A DNA stretch of 64,000 bases from a virus (lineage: Duplodnaviria > Caudoviricetes), in IMG/VR virus record IMGVR_UViG_3300024346_000006, one strand, 5' to 3'. A program made the position numbers and the translations under genes. Every line of letters starts with the position of its first letter. Positions within the stretch are counted from its first letter, which is position 1. The notes beneath the pieces were generated by a model. That model searched no databases. It was not told where the DNA came from and saw nothing but the letters and a program-made list of their open reading frames with translations. Below, one piece after another: positions 48,158-59,800 of this stretch.

Positions 48158-51100
48158 TTAAGTTGCCAATGCAATAACTCTAAAGTCTCTGACTTTTGGG
48201 ACAACACTAGAGTTTTTACTCTTAAGAACAATTTTGATTGCTATAGAATTAAATTCTGGCAAATTTCTTACTTCGTAATCAAATTCTTTAAAATCTGAAA
48301 TATCTCTAGATGCCCTACCATAAACAGCAGGACGGTCAAGTAATACATAATCAAGTTTTTCAAAATTCTGATCTGGGGATGTTTTAATTTTATAGTAAAA
48401 ATCTACATCCGCTACATCTGGACGATAAACCGATGCCAGAACTTTTAGAGATGTTGATGTCTGGTCTAATTTAATTTCTCTAGTCAAATACTTAGTTGCA
48501 GCAGAACCACCATGCGGTGCTGTTTCATCGATAAATCCAGTATTGACATGTCCTCGTACTCCAGCGGGAACACTTTCTGCACTATTTGTTACATTAGATA
48601 CCAATACGGCAGCAATTCGTTCCAAGTCAACAACAGGACTCAAATTATCTTTATTAGAACCTAAGTCTACTTTCCAAATCAATGACTTTTTGTCAAGTGA
48701 ATTCGAAGATGTGTCAAAAAGAGTCTCATTATAATTGTCTGCAACCATCATGGGTCTATCAAATGCATAATTTTGATTTGGTGTGATGCCTCTGAAACTT
48801 AAATCTTTTACTCCTGGCGCTACAGTTGAATCTTGCGATGTCCCTGTTAATGCTTTAAATTTCATTGAAATACCAGTACCAGCAAGTTCAATTGAAGTAA
48901 TGTTAGGTTTCATTAGATCATATTTAACATTGGTACACCAACTAGCGGGTTTCTTTCTTCCAAACTGTGAAAATGTATTTGATGCAGGAGTAAATAAGGA
49001 ATCAACCGATGGAATAGTTCCACCGTGAGCGATTCTTGGTGTTTGTACTCCGTCTGGATAGAAAAATCCTCTCATATCAATAGTAAACGAATTATGAGTT
49101 GTCGCAACAACTAAATGCGAACCATTTAAATCCTCGGCCCTATATTGATCGTAAGTCCCATGGAAATTTTTAAGAGTAACATAATTGTATCCGTTTGGTT
49201 GCCAGAAACTTATAGGGACACATCCAGAACTATCATTTACTTTAAATGTAATAAGAGAACTATCTTTGTGAATACGCATTGTATTATCATCAAATATTCT
49301 CTCCATAATATTAATATCTGACATTCCGACATCTATTTCGGAATTTGTAAAGTATAGGGTACTATCTTTATTAATATCAAATTTCGCCCTAGAAAGTGTG
49401 AATTTCAAATCTTCTTTTTGTTCTGCAGTCCATGTAGAGGCATTTTGAGATTTGAAGAAAACCCCAGCGTAAGGTTGTTCTGAAATAATTCCAGAACCAT
49501 CAAGTGCCTGTTGTCCTAATGTTGCAACATGAACTCTGTATCCTTGTGTATTTGCAATTAATACAAGACAATACTCTGTTGCCTCTTCCAAATATACTGG
49601 TTCATCAAAGGTGAATATTGTTTCTAAAGAACCGTCATCTGAAAGTTGAATTAAGTCCTGCCTTGGATCCAACATCTTTTCACCAAGTATATATTGGCCA
49701 GGATACCCATTGACCATATTTCTTATTTGCAGAGTTACTGGTACAACCTCATCCTTCGCAGAGAAGAAAATTTCTGCACTTGTAATAAAGGCGCCGCCCT
49801 CCACATCAACCAAGAATGATTGTGCGAGTGGGTCGCCCCAACCACGAACCTGTCTCCATGCACCAAAATCTGAATTACTACTTGAACGCAATTCTGAAAC
49901 AACATTTTCTGTTGAACTAGTTGTAGTGTCAACAATCTCAACGCTTCTTGTATTTACTGTTGTTTTTTGTCTTGTTTCAATAATACCTCTAGCAGTATAT
50001 GTTGAACTTGTGTCTGTATCAGAATCATCTAGATTTCCATTTGGTTGATCGCACAACTTAAATAATCTTTCTCCAGTTCTGAATTTTAAATCATCATCAT
50101 TTGGAGTTTGGTTATTGTTTGGAATTGAGAAGTTGCCGTAAACAGTACCAGCAGAGTCTGATCTTAAAGTTGAACCTCCAACAATACCTTCATTTGGGAA
50201 ACTTCCCATGTTATGAGATAGTCCATCTCGTTCAACCAAGAACAGAACCTCACCCAAACTAAAAGAAGAATTCTTTTTGCCAGGCACGTTCTCTAGTACA
50301 TAAAGCTTCAGAGAAGTTGCATCCAAATACTCAATGTCTGCAACAAAAACTTCATGTGCAGTGGACTGTCCACGCAATTTTAATTCGCCATATTGATCTG
50401 CAAATATGTTTCTATTATTTTTAATATACTGTGCCGTGGCGGGTGGGACATTTGTAATACTTAATGTTTTTATCGGAGTAACATAATCATTAACTGGTGT
50501 ATTATCAAAGAATGCAAATAACTTTGTATTTGGTTTCATTCCAGTGGCTTTAAAGTATACATCTCTAGTACGAATAAATGGAATTTGTTCACTACTAACT
50601 AGTTTGTCCGTTGTAACTGGAGTCCAAGTTTCACTCAGTGCAGTTGTAACGCCTGTTCTTGTTCTCGTTCCTGTATCATTCCAAGTTCTAGTTGTAGTTG
50701 TAACTGTACGGTCATTATTACCACTAGATTCGGTACGAGCACTTGTACCTGTTGTTTCATTAGTTGCACCAGTCCAGTTAATATCCCAAGATCCCCAAAC
50801 GGTTCCAAGAATTCCACTTCTTTGTGCAAGTTCTTCAAAATTATCTGTACTTCCTCTATCATTAATTGAGATCTCATCCAAATACTTTGGATCATCATGC
50901 CAATTATCTGTCGAAGGTACAAGTACCATCGAACCTTTAAAACTAAAAATTGCAAAAGGGTTTACATTAACAGTTTTTGAAGATTTTCTTTGTTCAATTA
51001 ATAGTTGACTTGTATATGGAAGTGTTGCCCATCTACCTGATACTTCAAAACCTTCAGAGTTTACAACATCTAAATGCATTGGAATGTTTTTAGTAGTAAA

Positions 51101-54100
51101 ATACGGACGCAACTCTCCTTTTCCAGTATCCATAGAAGCATTGAAATCAGAATCATAAACATTTGCAGTCCCATATCCAGTGAAGTTTTCAACTACAAAT
51201 CCATTCTTAAATCTATCAAGTCCATTTTCATCTGTAACCAACAAATCTTTAGTTTCTTTTTCTAAAAGATTTAAAGAAGTATAATATTCTAGATTGGTAA
51301 TTCTCTTATCAAGTTTACCAATATCTCTCATAGTATATCTTCTGTTGTCAATCATTTTAGCACTTACATCTTTAGGAACACCAGTATATGGCAGTGTTTC
51401 TAATGTGTACAACACCATCCCATCTTCTGGATCTGTCGGGTAAACAGGTGTTTCAGAAGGAGCGCCGTATTTCACATTAATGTTTCCAAACTTATCCATG
51501 TAAAGTTTGTCTGCTCTACCAAAGTAAATACGCATATCTGCACTAATTGCACTTGCATCAATTGGGTAGTCAGAAACTCCAGAAACTACACCTTTACCAT
51601 ATGGGTATCCAGATAATTGTTGGTAAACTGCAGCAGGTCTAAAATCTAATGTACTGTGCAATCTAACACCCTCAAAACTTGGGATTTTATGATATGGTAT
51701 ATTAACATAAGAATCTACGGATGCATAATCTCCAGTACCGTGTTCAAAATATGAGTAAATAATAATAGGACGACCACCACATGGTAATGTACCCGCCTTT
51801 AATTCTAATTCACCCAATTGAATGATGGAATGTCTTTGTCCAGAAAATAAAGTATATCTGTCAGTAATATCATTAATTTTAACAGGAACTTCTGTGGGAG
51901 TTTCAATACCAACATTACTCAACCACAATTCTTCAATTTCTTCTTTAAATGGGTTTACTGTACCATCAACAGTAAGTTGTGGTTGAATACTAAGAAGTGT
52001 TGGATATGTAGTGTGGTCTAAACCAACAGAAAATGGCGAAGCACCAGTCGTTTCGTAAAAAGTATACGCCTTCAATGCAAATTCAAAATCTGCCTCTGTC
52101 ATTTCGTGTATGAATTTTCTGTCATTGGATTCAATCGAAATTCTGTAAGAAGTATTATTTACATTACATGTATCATATATTTTTTTAATTTCATACACAT
52201 CCGAATGTGGCAATTGAAAATTAGATACACTAAGAATAAGGTCATTATTCGCACCAGTAGAAATTGAAGAATTTACAACTCCTGTAGCAACACTAGAATT
52301 TGTCCCTAACAAATCTACACCATAACTTAACGATATGTCGTTATTGTCATCGTTTACATTATCATAATCAGTCTGTGAAATTGTTTGTCCAATTAAATCC
52401 AGTAATGTGTATGGCAAATGTAACTGATTTTCTCTCAAAGTTTTAATTTTTTCTCTGGAAGAAGTCTTTTTGATTGGCGCATATACAGTAACACCAGTTG
52501 TTCCAGATGCTAAATTTGCAACATTAAGAGTTGCAGTTCTTCTGTCGGAGGAAAACGAAATGGTTGTAATTCTACCAATTTCACCCACAGAAGAATTCAC
52601 TGCAGCCCTATCGAATGCCAAATATAAACTTTGGGTCGAAACGAAGTATGAGTTATCATCTGTTGCAGTTAAAACAATCTGTCCACTGGCAGTAACTACT
52701 TGGTCTTCATAAACTTTTAGTACATCATATTGAGTATCTACTGTTTCTCTTCCACTTTCATCATCGACAAATCTAACAGTTTGTAAAAATCTCTTACCAG
52801 TGTCAATAATACTTGCGCCCCCATCTGATAAAAGTACAAATTTACCAGTGATTCTTGCCTGAGTTCCTGTCATATCAGCGGATGCATTACCATCAAAAGA
52901 TGTAGTGTCTGTTCCAGCCGAACCACTAGCAATCGCCTCGTTGATTAATTCATTTGTAACAAAGGTTGCACTAGGCAATACCCCCGATTCTGTGGACAAT
53001 CCATTTCCAGAATTAAGAGTTTTTACCAATAAGAACTGATCTGCAGAGTTATAATAATAGTTAATCGCTCTTACATCTCTATCGTATCTATCATAAATGA
53101 GAGACTTTGAAGTAAACTGTCCCTGTACATCTGATAGAGACATTAGTGTTAATACATTCGCACCGAATTTATAAATTGGGCCACCTAATGTTGTTGGAAC
53201 TACTTCTTCATTCGAAACAATAGACCTTGCATCCAACATGGTATAAGGAACATTTGTTCTTGGATTGATTTCATATTCGATATCATACAGAAAAATTTTC
53301 CAGATACCAGTTTCAACGGAAGTATTTGAAGGTCTAAAAGTAGAAGTTCCATAATTATCATCTATCGCATCATCATCAGAATCTATAAAATATTCTACTG
53401 CCTTAACTTTTGCCTTTGCGACTACATCAATACCATATGCATTTGCACCTAAGTTGGTTCCACCACCAGCAAAAAATGTCAAATCTTCGTCATATGTTAC
53501 TGGTTGAAAATATGCTTGATCGGCATCGTCTAAATTTGATGTTACAATCGTGTAATCTTCAGTAATTACTGGAGAAGTGTTCATATTAACAAGTTTAACT
53601 TCTTCGTCAATTAATGGAAGTCCCTTTGCATCCGAAATATAGATGTATGGGCCAAGATCTACAGGAATGTAGTGATTGTTTATCTGATAATTTTCTCTTG
53701 ATCTTTTATAAGGAATATATGTGGTCGCTGTCTTGGTAATTTCATAACCTCTAACATAGGCCTTTCCACTCTCAACTCCAAGTGCAAGATAATTTCTTAC
53801 TGCATCAACTAAGAATTGATGACTTGAGCCTGGGTAATATTTCGTTCCAGTCGAATCCAAATTTTGGGCGGAAAACTTCACAAGTTCTAATGCACTTACT
53901 GTGTGTGCAAGGCCATTTCCATTTTGATCGGCCATCCCATCTTCATCTGCAAAATTCTTTAGTGCAAAATCTTTTGCAGCGACTTCGGTATCGAATTCAA
54001 AGTTTTTCATGGTGTACACACCACCATTTCCATTTTCTTTAAAATACTCTCTAATATCTAAATTAAATGGACGAACTGTGTAATCACCAGACTCATCATA

Positions 54101-55093
54101 GGTTCTTCTTGCAAGTACATCGGTAATTACTGAATATTCTGTGTTTCTAACATGTGTTTTAATAATACCGTCTTGAACAGTAATAATTTCTATAAAGTTT
54201 TCTGTTGTTGGGGTATCTAGTGCTCTTTTAGTCCATACGAGATTAATTCGATATCTATCGGCGCCTGGAGCGTTGTAGTTTGTTGTGCCTTGTGCGTTAT
54301 CAAAAAGAGATGGATCTTCATTCGCACTTACAACGGTTTCTTGTATTTCAAAACCAATTTTATAACTAGGAGTATCATCATATTTGTCTAGAATTACACT
54401 TTGCGATTGGTTTTTAACCATAAACCCCTGAGTGAAATAAATTCCCTCTTCAACAAATGCAATAGAACCCTTACCTAAAGGATTTGCATGATCAGCACTG
54501 AGTGCAACCGTTGCGATTAAATTTAAACCATCATCATTGGTTGCAGTAAGTACCTCTCCCTCTACAAAGGATGAAGTGTCACCTTCTTTTAAATTTACAG
54601 TGTTTCCGTTAACAACAAAATCAATTCCATTTTCATCATCAATTACAAGTGAAATACCATCTACCACTCTTTGGCCGCCTGCAACACCATCAAGATATTT
54701 TACAAATAATGTTGTTGGTTCATCATTACTATCAATCAGCTGATCTTGATTTAAATCAACAGCATCAGTATAAGAAACGACAATCGCCCTAATCCCCGTT
54801 TTATTACCTTGAATTACTTTACCAACAAATTCAGCAGCGGTAGTAAGTCCTTCCGCAAGAGTCACTTTGATATAAGGAACAGCAACATCAACAGCAGAAC
54901 TGCCGGGGATAACCATAGAACCTTCTTTAAAGAAGTGGTCGCCCATATTTGCAATTTGTTGTTGTAAAATTGATTGTTGTTGTGTTAATTCTCTTGCCTG
55001 TACAGAATTTCCAGGCTTATACAATACCCTCAAATACCCTTTATCAATATCATAGTCATCATGATAGGGAGTGACGTTTAAATTTATTGCCAT
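48158..55093 (-). CDS. vrlC: VrlC-like / DUF4815-type large virion structural protein
   Basis: 2311 aa. NLNVTPYHDDYD..KGYLRVLYKPG.SVQARELTQ.QSILQ.QI; NYNAPGADRY; LARRTYDESGDY.V.PF; RRYTMRDIGKLDKRI.NLEYYTSLNLLE; DRFKNGFVVENF; DPLAQSF; P.VRDFRVIALA. Confidence 0.9.
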   Translation of the reverse strand: MAINLNVTPYHDDYDIDKGYLRVLYKPGNSVQARELTQQQSILQQQIANMGDHFFKEGSMVIPGSSAVDVAVPYIKVTLAEGLTTAAEFVGKVIQGNKTGIRAIVVSYTDAVDLNQDQLIDSNDEPTTLFVKYLDGVAGGQRVVDGISLVIDDENGIDFVVNGNTVNLKEGDTSSFVEGEVLTATNDDGLNLIATVALSADHANPLGKGSIAFVEEGIYFTQGFMVKNQSQSVILDKYDDTPSYKIGFEIQETVVSANEDPSLFDNAQGTTNYNAPGADRYRINLVWTKRALDTPTTENFIEIITVQDGIIKTHVRNTEYSVITDVLARRTYDESGDYTVRPFNLDIREYFKENGNGGVYTMKNFEFDTEVAAKDFALKNFADEDGMADQNGNGLAHTVSALELVKFSAQNLDSTGTKYYPGSSHQFLVDAVRNYLALGVESGKAYVRGYEITKTATTYIPYKRSRENYQINNHYIPVDLGPYIYISDAKGLPLIDEEVKLVNMNTSPVITEDYTIVTSNLDDADQAYFQPVTYDEDLTFFAGGGTNLGANAYGIDVVAKAKVKAVEYFIDSDDDAIDDNYGTSTFRPSNTSVETGIWKIFLYDIEYEINPRTNVPYTMLDARSIVSNEEVVPTTLGGPIYKFGANVLTLMSLSDVQGQFTSKSLIYDRYDRDVRAINYYYNSADQFLLVKTLNSGNGLSTESGVLPSATFVTNELINEAIASGSAGTDTTSFDGNASADMTGTQARITGKFVLLSDGGASIIDTGKRFLQTVRFVDDESGRETVDTQYDVLKVYEDQVVTASGQIVLTATDDNSYFVSTQSLYLAFDRAAVNSSVGEIGRITTISFSSDRRTATLNVANLASGTTGVTVYAPIKKTSSREKIKTLRENQLHLPYTLLDLIGQTISQTDYDNVNDDNNDISLSYGVDLLGTNSSVATGVVNSSISTGANNDLILSVSNFQLPHSDVYEIKKIYDTCNVNNTSYRISIESNDRKFIHEMTEADFEFALKAYTFYETTGASPFSVGLDHTTYPTLLSIQPQLTVDGTVNPFKEEIEELWLSNVGIETPTEVPVKINDITDRYTLFSGQRHSIIQLGELELKAGTLPCGGRPIIIYSYFEHGTGDYASVDSYVNIPYHKIPSFEGVRLHSTLDFRPAAVYQQLSGYPYGKGVVSGVSDYPIDASAISADMRIYFGRADKLYMDKFGNINVKYGAPSETPVYPTDPEDGMVLYTLETLPYTGVPKDVSAKMIDNRRYTMRDIGKLDKRITNLEYYTSLNLLEKETKDLLVTDENGLDRFKNGFVVENFTGYGTANVYDSDFNASMDTGKGELRPYFTTKNIPMHLDVVNSEGFEVSGRWATLPYTSQLLIEQRKSSKTVNVNPFAIFSFKGSMVLVPSTDNWHDDPKYLDEISINDRGSTDNFEELAQRSGILGTVWGSWDINWTGATNETTGTSARTESSGNNDRTVTTTTRTWNDTGTRTRTGVTTALSETWTPVTTDKLVSSEQIPFIRTRDVYFKATGMKPNTKLFAFFDNTPVNDYVTPIKTLSITNVPPATAQYIKNNRNIFADQYGELKLRGQSTAHEVFVADIEYLDATSLKLYVLENVPGKKNSSFSLGEVLFLVERDGLSHNMGSFPNEGIVGGSTLRSDSAGTVYGNFSIPNNNQTPNDDDLKFRTGERLFKLCDQPNGNLDDSDTDTSSTYTARGIIETRQKTTVNTRSVEIVDTTTSSTENVVSELRSSSNSDFGAWRQVRGWGDPLAQSFLVDVEGGAFITSAEIFFSAKDEVVPVTLQIRNMVNGYPGQYILGEKMLDPRQDLIQLSDDGSLETIFTFDEPVYLEEATEYCLVLIANTQGYRVHVATLGQQALDGSGIISEQPYAGVFFKSQNASTWTAEQKEDLKFTLSRAKFDINKDSTLYFTNSEIDVGMSDINIMERIFDDNTMRIHKDSSLITFKVNDSSGCVPISFWQPNGYNYVTLKNFHGTYDQYRAEDLNGSHLVVATTHNSFTIDMRGFFYPDGVQTPRIAHGGTIPSVDSLFTPASNTFSQFGRKKPASWCTNVKYDLMKPNITSIELAGTGISMKFKALTGTSQDSTVAPGVKDLSFRGITPNQNYAFDRPMMVADNYNETLFDTSSNSLDKKSLIWKVDLGSNKDNLSPVVDLERIAAVLVSNVTNSAESVPAGVRGHVNTGFIDETAPHGGSAATKYLTREIKLDQTSTSLKVLASVYRPDVADVDFYYKIKTSPDQNFEKLDYVLLDRPAVYGRASRDISDFKEFDYEVRNLPEFNSIAIKIVLKSKNSSVVPKVRDFRVIALAT

Positions 55094-55127
55094 GTGTCTT
55101 TTTCTCTCAACTGGTTTTTTATTTTAA

Positions 55128-56822
55128 TTAAAATTCAAATACTACTTTAATATCTTCAATTTGATCGATGGCTCTAGAAACGGGTTGTCGGTTTTCGATG
55201 TAAAGAACTTTACCCGTACCAGTTACAATGTCAAATGTTTCTTCATCGGCAGAACCAAAATCTGGGTGTTGTGGGCCTCTATACGACTCTTCATTTGCAG
55301 GAGTTGAACCACTTTGAGTCTGTCCATCGGGGTCAGCAACAATAGCAATTTGTCTAAACTGTGCTTCAGAATCTTCAACAGGGAACATAATCTTAGTTTC
55401 TAAATTCCCCAAAGAGTTTTCTCTTGTAGACTGTTCGTCATATTCAAGTTTTATTGCAGTCATTACATAATAACCACCCAGCTCTTCTACAGGATTAAAT
55501 CCATGTCCAGTTTCTGGAGAAACAATTGGTTTTACTTTACATGCGTTAATATTTAATGTCCCATCAAAATTATTTGCAGGAACATTACCAACATCTACAG
55601 TTGCGTTGTCTACAGCAGACCAATTTGCGCCAGTACTTGTGATGACAATTTTTTCAATTCTTTGATCTACAACAAGTCCATACGCACTAAAAGAAGAACC
55701 ATTACCAGAAATATTAACGCCAGGCGCAACAAGAATATCTCTACCAGCACCACCAGTAAAGGAACCATTTACAGTTGCGGTTGCAGTTGTACCAGAAAGA
55801 CTCCAGTTTACAATTCTAAACTGTTCCTGATTTCCAAGGTCAACTAAATCATAACCAGTATAATCTGTTGCACCATCAACACCAGCGATGGTAACTTGAT
55901 TGCCAGTTAGTGTAACAGAACCTGTTTGTTGAATATTTGGATGATACCCCAATCCTCCACCAATTGCACCACCCTCTTCGTTTGGCATGATTTTTACATG
56001 TTCAATCTGGCCAGGATTTGGTTGTGATGCGGCCAGTTTAATATCCCATTGCACCTGAGCAGCGGTTCCTGGCGCAACTGGATTTTCTAGAAGATTTTTG
56101 ACTGGAATATAATCTTTTGTCAAAAACTTAAGAGAATCTTGAAGGTCGATTGCATACATAAATTTCCATTTATAACCATCTGCAGTCTCTTCAATTTCAG
56201 TTCCAGTAGTTGATGGTTGAATTGTCGAAGCAACTGTAGTCACCGTTTGTGCAGCAGCATCATATTTTTGGTTATTAATACACTTATAAACATTAAATTG
56301 ATTTCCAGATGCAACAATCACATATCCATTAGGAATAATTTCTTCTGGGTTATCGTGTTCGTACATAGTGTACACTCTTCCAGAAGTCCAGTTGATTCTT
56401 GGAATTGCAAGAGTCATATCACTATAGTTGACTTTCTTAAGTGCAATTGTATCGTATTTGAATCTGTACGAATAACCAATAGAATCTTCTGGTGTCGGTG
56501 GGTTTGAATCATTTAACCACGGAGTTTGTTTACCAATTGCCATATAAAGCATATTGTAAACCGATTGTCCTTGATGGGCCCACTGTACAGTACCATCTTG
56601 GAGAGTATCTGGTGTCGGGCCACCCCCATCACCAGCAGAAAGACCACTTGTGGAAGCGCCACTAATATTTCCTAGTGCAATAAATGAGTTCTGGTTGTTA
56701 ACCACAACATCACCTTCTGCATAGGTATAGTTAGGTTTCCAATTAGGTGCGGATCTGTTAATTGATTGCAAGAATTCCATTGCATTGAAAATTCTTAATT
56801 TGTTTGTAATAATCGCTGCCAT
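55128..56822 (-). CDS. gp8: Baseplate wedge subunit gp8
   Basis: MAAIITNKLRIFNA..F; LAIPRINWTSG..Y.MY; FNVYKCI.N; ADGYKWKFMY; GHGFNPVEELGG; C-terminal GKVLYIENRQP..RA.DQIEDIK.VFEF. Adjacent to gp7. Confidence 0.9.
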   Translation of the reverse strand: MAAIITNKLRIFNAMEFLQSINRSAPNWKPNYTYAEGDVVVNNQNSFIALGNISGASTSGLSAGDGGGPTPDTLQDGTVQWAHQGQSVYNMLYMAIGKQTPWLNDSNPPTPEDSIGYSYRFKYDTIALKKVNYSDMTLAIPRINWTSGRVYTMYEHDNPEEIIPNGYVIVASGNQFNVYKCINNQKYDAAAQTVTTVASTIQPSTTGTEIEETADGYKWKFMYAIDLQDSLKFLTKDYIPVKNLLENPVAPGTAAQVQWDIKLAASQPNPGQIEHVKIMPNEEGGAIGGGLGYHPNIQQTGSVTLTGNQVTIAGVDGATDYTGYDLVDLGNQEQFRIVNWSLSGTTATATVNGSFTGGAGRDILVAPGVNISGNGSSFSAYGLVVDQRIEKIVITSTGANWSAVDNATVDVGNVPANNFDGTLNINACKVKPIVSPETGHGFNPVEELGGYYVMTAIKLEYDEQSTRENSLGNLETKIMFPVEDSEAQFRQIAIVADPDGQTQSGSTPANEESYRGPQHPDFGSADEETFDIVTGTGKVLYIENRQPVSRAIDQIEDIKVVFEF

Positions 56823-56856
56823 TTTTTTACCTTTTTCGTGTCATGAATTTTAATAC

Positions 56857-56864
56857 TATTTATA
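56857..56864 (-). promoter_or_regulatory. T4-type late promoter TATAAATA
   Basis: Exact motif 35 nt upstream of the gp8 ATG. Confidence 0.8.
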
Positions 56865-56873
56865 ATTTATTTT

Positions 56874-59800
56874 TTAGTCTTTTAGAACAATCTGTTCATT
56901 TAATTCTTCAATGGTTGTTGGATTCGTATTATACAGTACAATAGATGATTCTGGTGCGACATTTGACTTATCATGAATATGTTCTGCCTGATACTTTATA
57001 AAGGTATTTAAGTCCAATAAATTTTCGTCATAGTCGATTCTATCTACATTATAATCAAGTCCTGATTGTAATCTATCATTAAATTTTATTCTCTCAATTG
57101 TTAAATTTGTAGGGCCAAGTCTTTTTCTAGTTGGGACATCTGGTTCCTCTTCACTCATTACCAAGAATACAGGTGTAATATTAATAAACGAATCTAAAAC
57201 CGCACGATATTTGTTATCCGCAAGTTTTACAATGTCTTCAATTATAGTATTTCTCCAATTATGATCCGTTCCATCTGTATTTGCAATCCAATCATTATCT
57301 GTTACATCTACTGGTAAGTGATACCAAATTCCAAGTCCTTCTGCCTTTGCAGGAATATGTGTCAATCCATTTCCATTTACAATTGGTCGCTTTATTAGAT
57401 ATGGAGAATTATCCATTTCTCTCTGAGGACTAAACAGTAATGGTCTCAACCTTTCCCAAGGGAATCTGGAAGTAAAGTAAAACTTAAACCTTTCTAGTGA
57501 CCTGTATGTGGTGTGCAATGTAGGCAGGTCTCCAGTATAGTTTTTGTAGAACATATACTTACCTGTTATATTTATCACCATTTTTTCATCTCTTGGATTT
57601 GCACCATCTGCAATAGCACCAACCCAATAGTTTGGTTGTCTGTTTACATTCCCACGCCAAATGTTGTCCCATCTAAACTCAACTCTATTCTGAGGAGCAG
57701 TAGAAGGAAGTTCTCTATAAGAATGAATAATCTTCACATCAAAAACTGCAATTCTGTCAAGATAATCTGGGTCTAGTTCTACACTCTCTACAACATACTT
57801 TGCCCAAGGCCTTACATTTATCCATTCGTCATTAGTCATACTCTCATCAGATGTATCGTATATTGTAAATGTGTTACCAAGAATTTTAGATGACCAATAG
57901 TGTCCATAATCTTTTCCATACGCATCTTTGTAGTTGATTGCGATTTTCTTTACATCTGACCAACGCAAAGCATTATTTCCATTTTCATCCAATAATGCAT
58001 ATCTACCAGACCCACTATCTACTGTTGCAGCACCGACTGTATCATCAGATATTTCTCCAGTTCCTACACCCTGATAAAGGCCGTCAATTTCACTGTCAAT
58101 ACTAAGTTGACGATTATCATATACAAAATAATAACCATGAGAGTTTAAATCGTTGATATCAGTTTGTTCGGCAGTAGCATATGTCCATCTTCCACTACCA
58201 TCCATATTACGCATTCTTAAATTAACATTTTTAATAATCTCGTACATGAGTTCACGATATGCAACTCCAAGTCCTTTTCTTACAGAAGTCTTAGTTAGAG
58301 TAGTAAATTCTCCAAACATCATCAAACCAGCTGGGTGAATAATCTTCTTAACAATTCTTCTCCACTCATCAATATATCTGTTTACTTTTATAACATAAGA
58401 ATAATCCTGCCATAGATAACCATCATGAATACGATTATCATCCGAAACAAATCCTTGTTGGTTGACATAAACACCATCACGAACACATAGAGGCCCAGTT
58501 AGTAATTTAATGGATGCCTGACCGTTACCATAACTACTCAAATCGATTTCTGGTGGTGTATCATAACCAACTCCAAATCCATCAAAATCTTCTCTAAATG
58601 GATTTGAATATATTTCTAATCTATTAATCTTACCAATATCTTTTCCAAGTCCTCGTAAGACTCCACTTTGACCTGTAGAAGTGTATGACAAGGTTTCTCT
58701 TGACACATTTCCATATGGATATCTAATATAACCTTCACCACCTGTAATAAGTCTAGTGGTTTCGATACCAGACTTTGGAATTTCTTCCCATTCAACAGTT
58801 AGTGTATGGGCATCAGGCAATTGATATTGTGCCATAGTATCATCCAGAGTTTGAGGATTATCTACCCACCTTCTCAACCTGATTTTATTTGGTTCTACTA
58901 AAGATTCACTATTGAATATTACATATTCAAGTTTGTCTGCCAATGCACCATAATATCTAATCATTACAGTTTCACCAGCAACCAATGGATCTGTGAAAGT
59001 TATCGCAGTACCAGTTGTTGCATCATACTCTGATGGATCAAGTTCAACATAATTTTTCCACAAACCATCAATCCAGATATAATAATTATCTGCCCACTCC
59101 CATATCAACTGATCTATAGGATTTGTTGGGAATGAGTCTGGAATGTTTTCTGGTGTAATAATACTATCTGTAACTTTGAATATTCCCACTGCAGAGTCAG
59201 CGTCATAAAATAATTCAACAACCGTTTCTCCACCAACAGCATTAACTCTTTCTACATATCTAGATGACTGTCTGATATTTTGTTTAAAAGGAATTGGATT
59301 GACATGGGCTGGACTTATTCCATTACCAGAAACGGGGTTCTGTGTTCCTTTGTCTTCTATTGTAACACCAGTTGAAGATCCCGATGCATCTAACAACGAA
59401 AAGTTTGCAGCGTCTTGACTGTGTGCGCCAAATCCCCACTGAATTGCACCTTCAAATTTATTCAAGTCTGGGTTTGTGCTCAAATCAACATAAAGTGTAG
59501 TTGAAGAATCTAAAGAAGTTGACCCATTCTGAGAAGTAGTTGCGTATATATTCGCACCATTTTTGATTACTTTTACTTTTGTAGCACCGTTTGCACTCCA
59601 CCCACCAGAAATAAACGGAACATTAGATGAAGAAAGGACAACTTGATCAGACTGTAGGTAATTATATACCAATCCCCAACCAATTGAAGGGGAGGTTCCT
59701 CCCATATTTCTAACTGCACTTAAAGTATATTCTTTATATCCAGCGTCTGTAGGTTGAAGTCCATTAGTTACAAATCCAATCACTAGTGCAAGTGTATCAT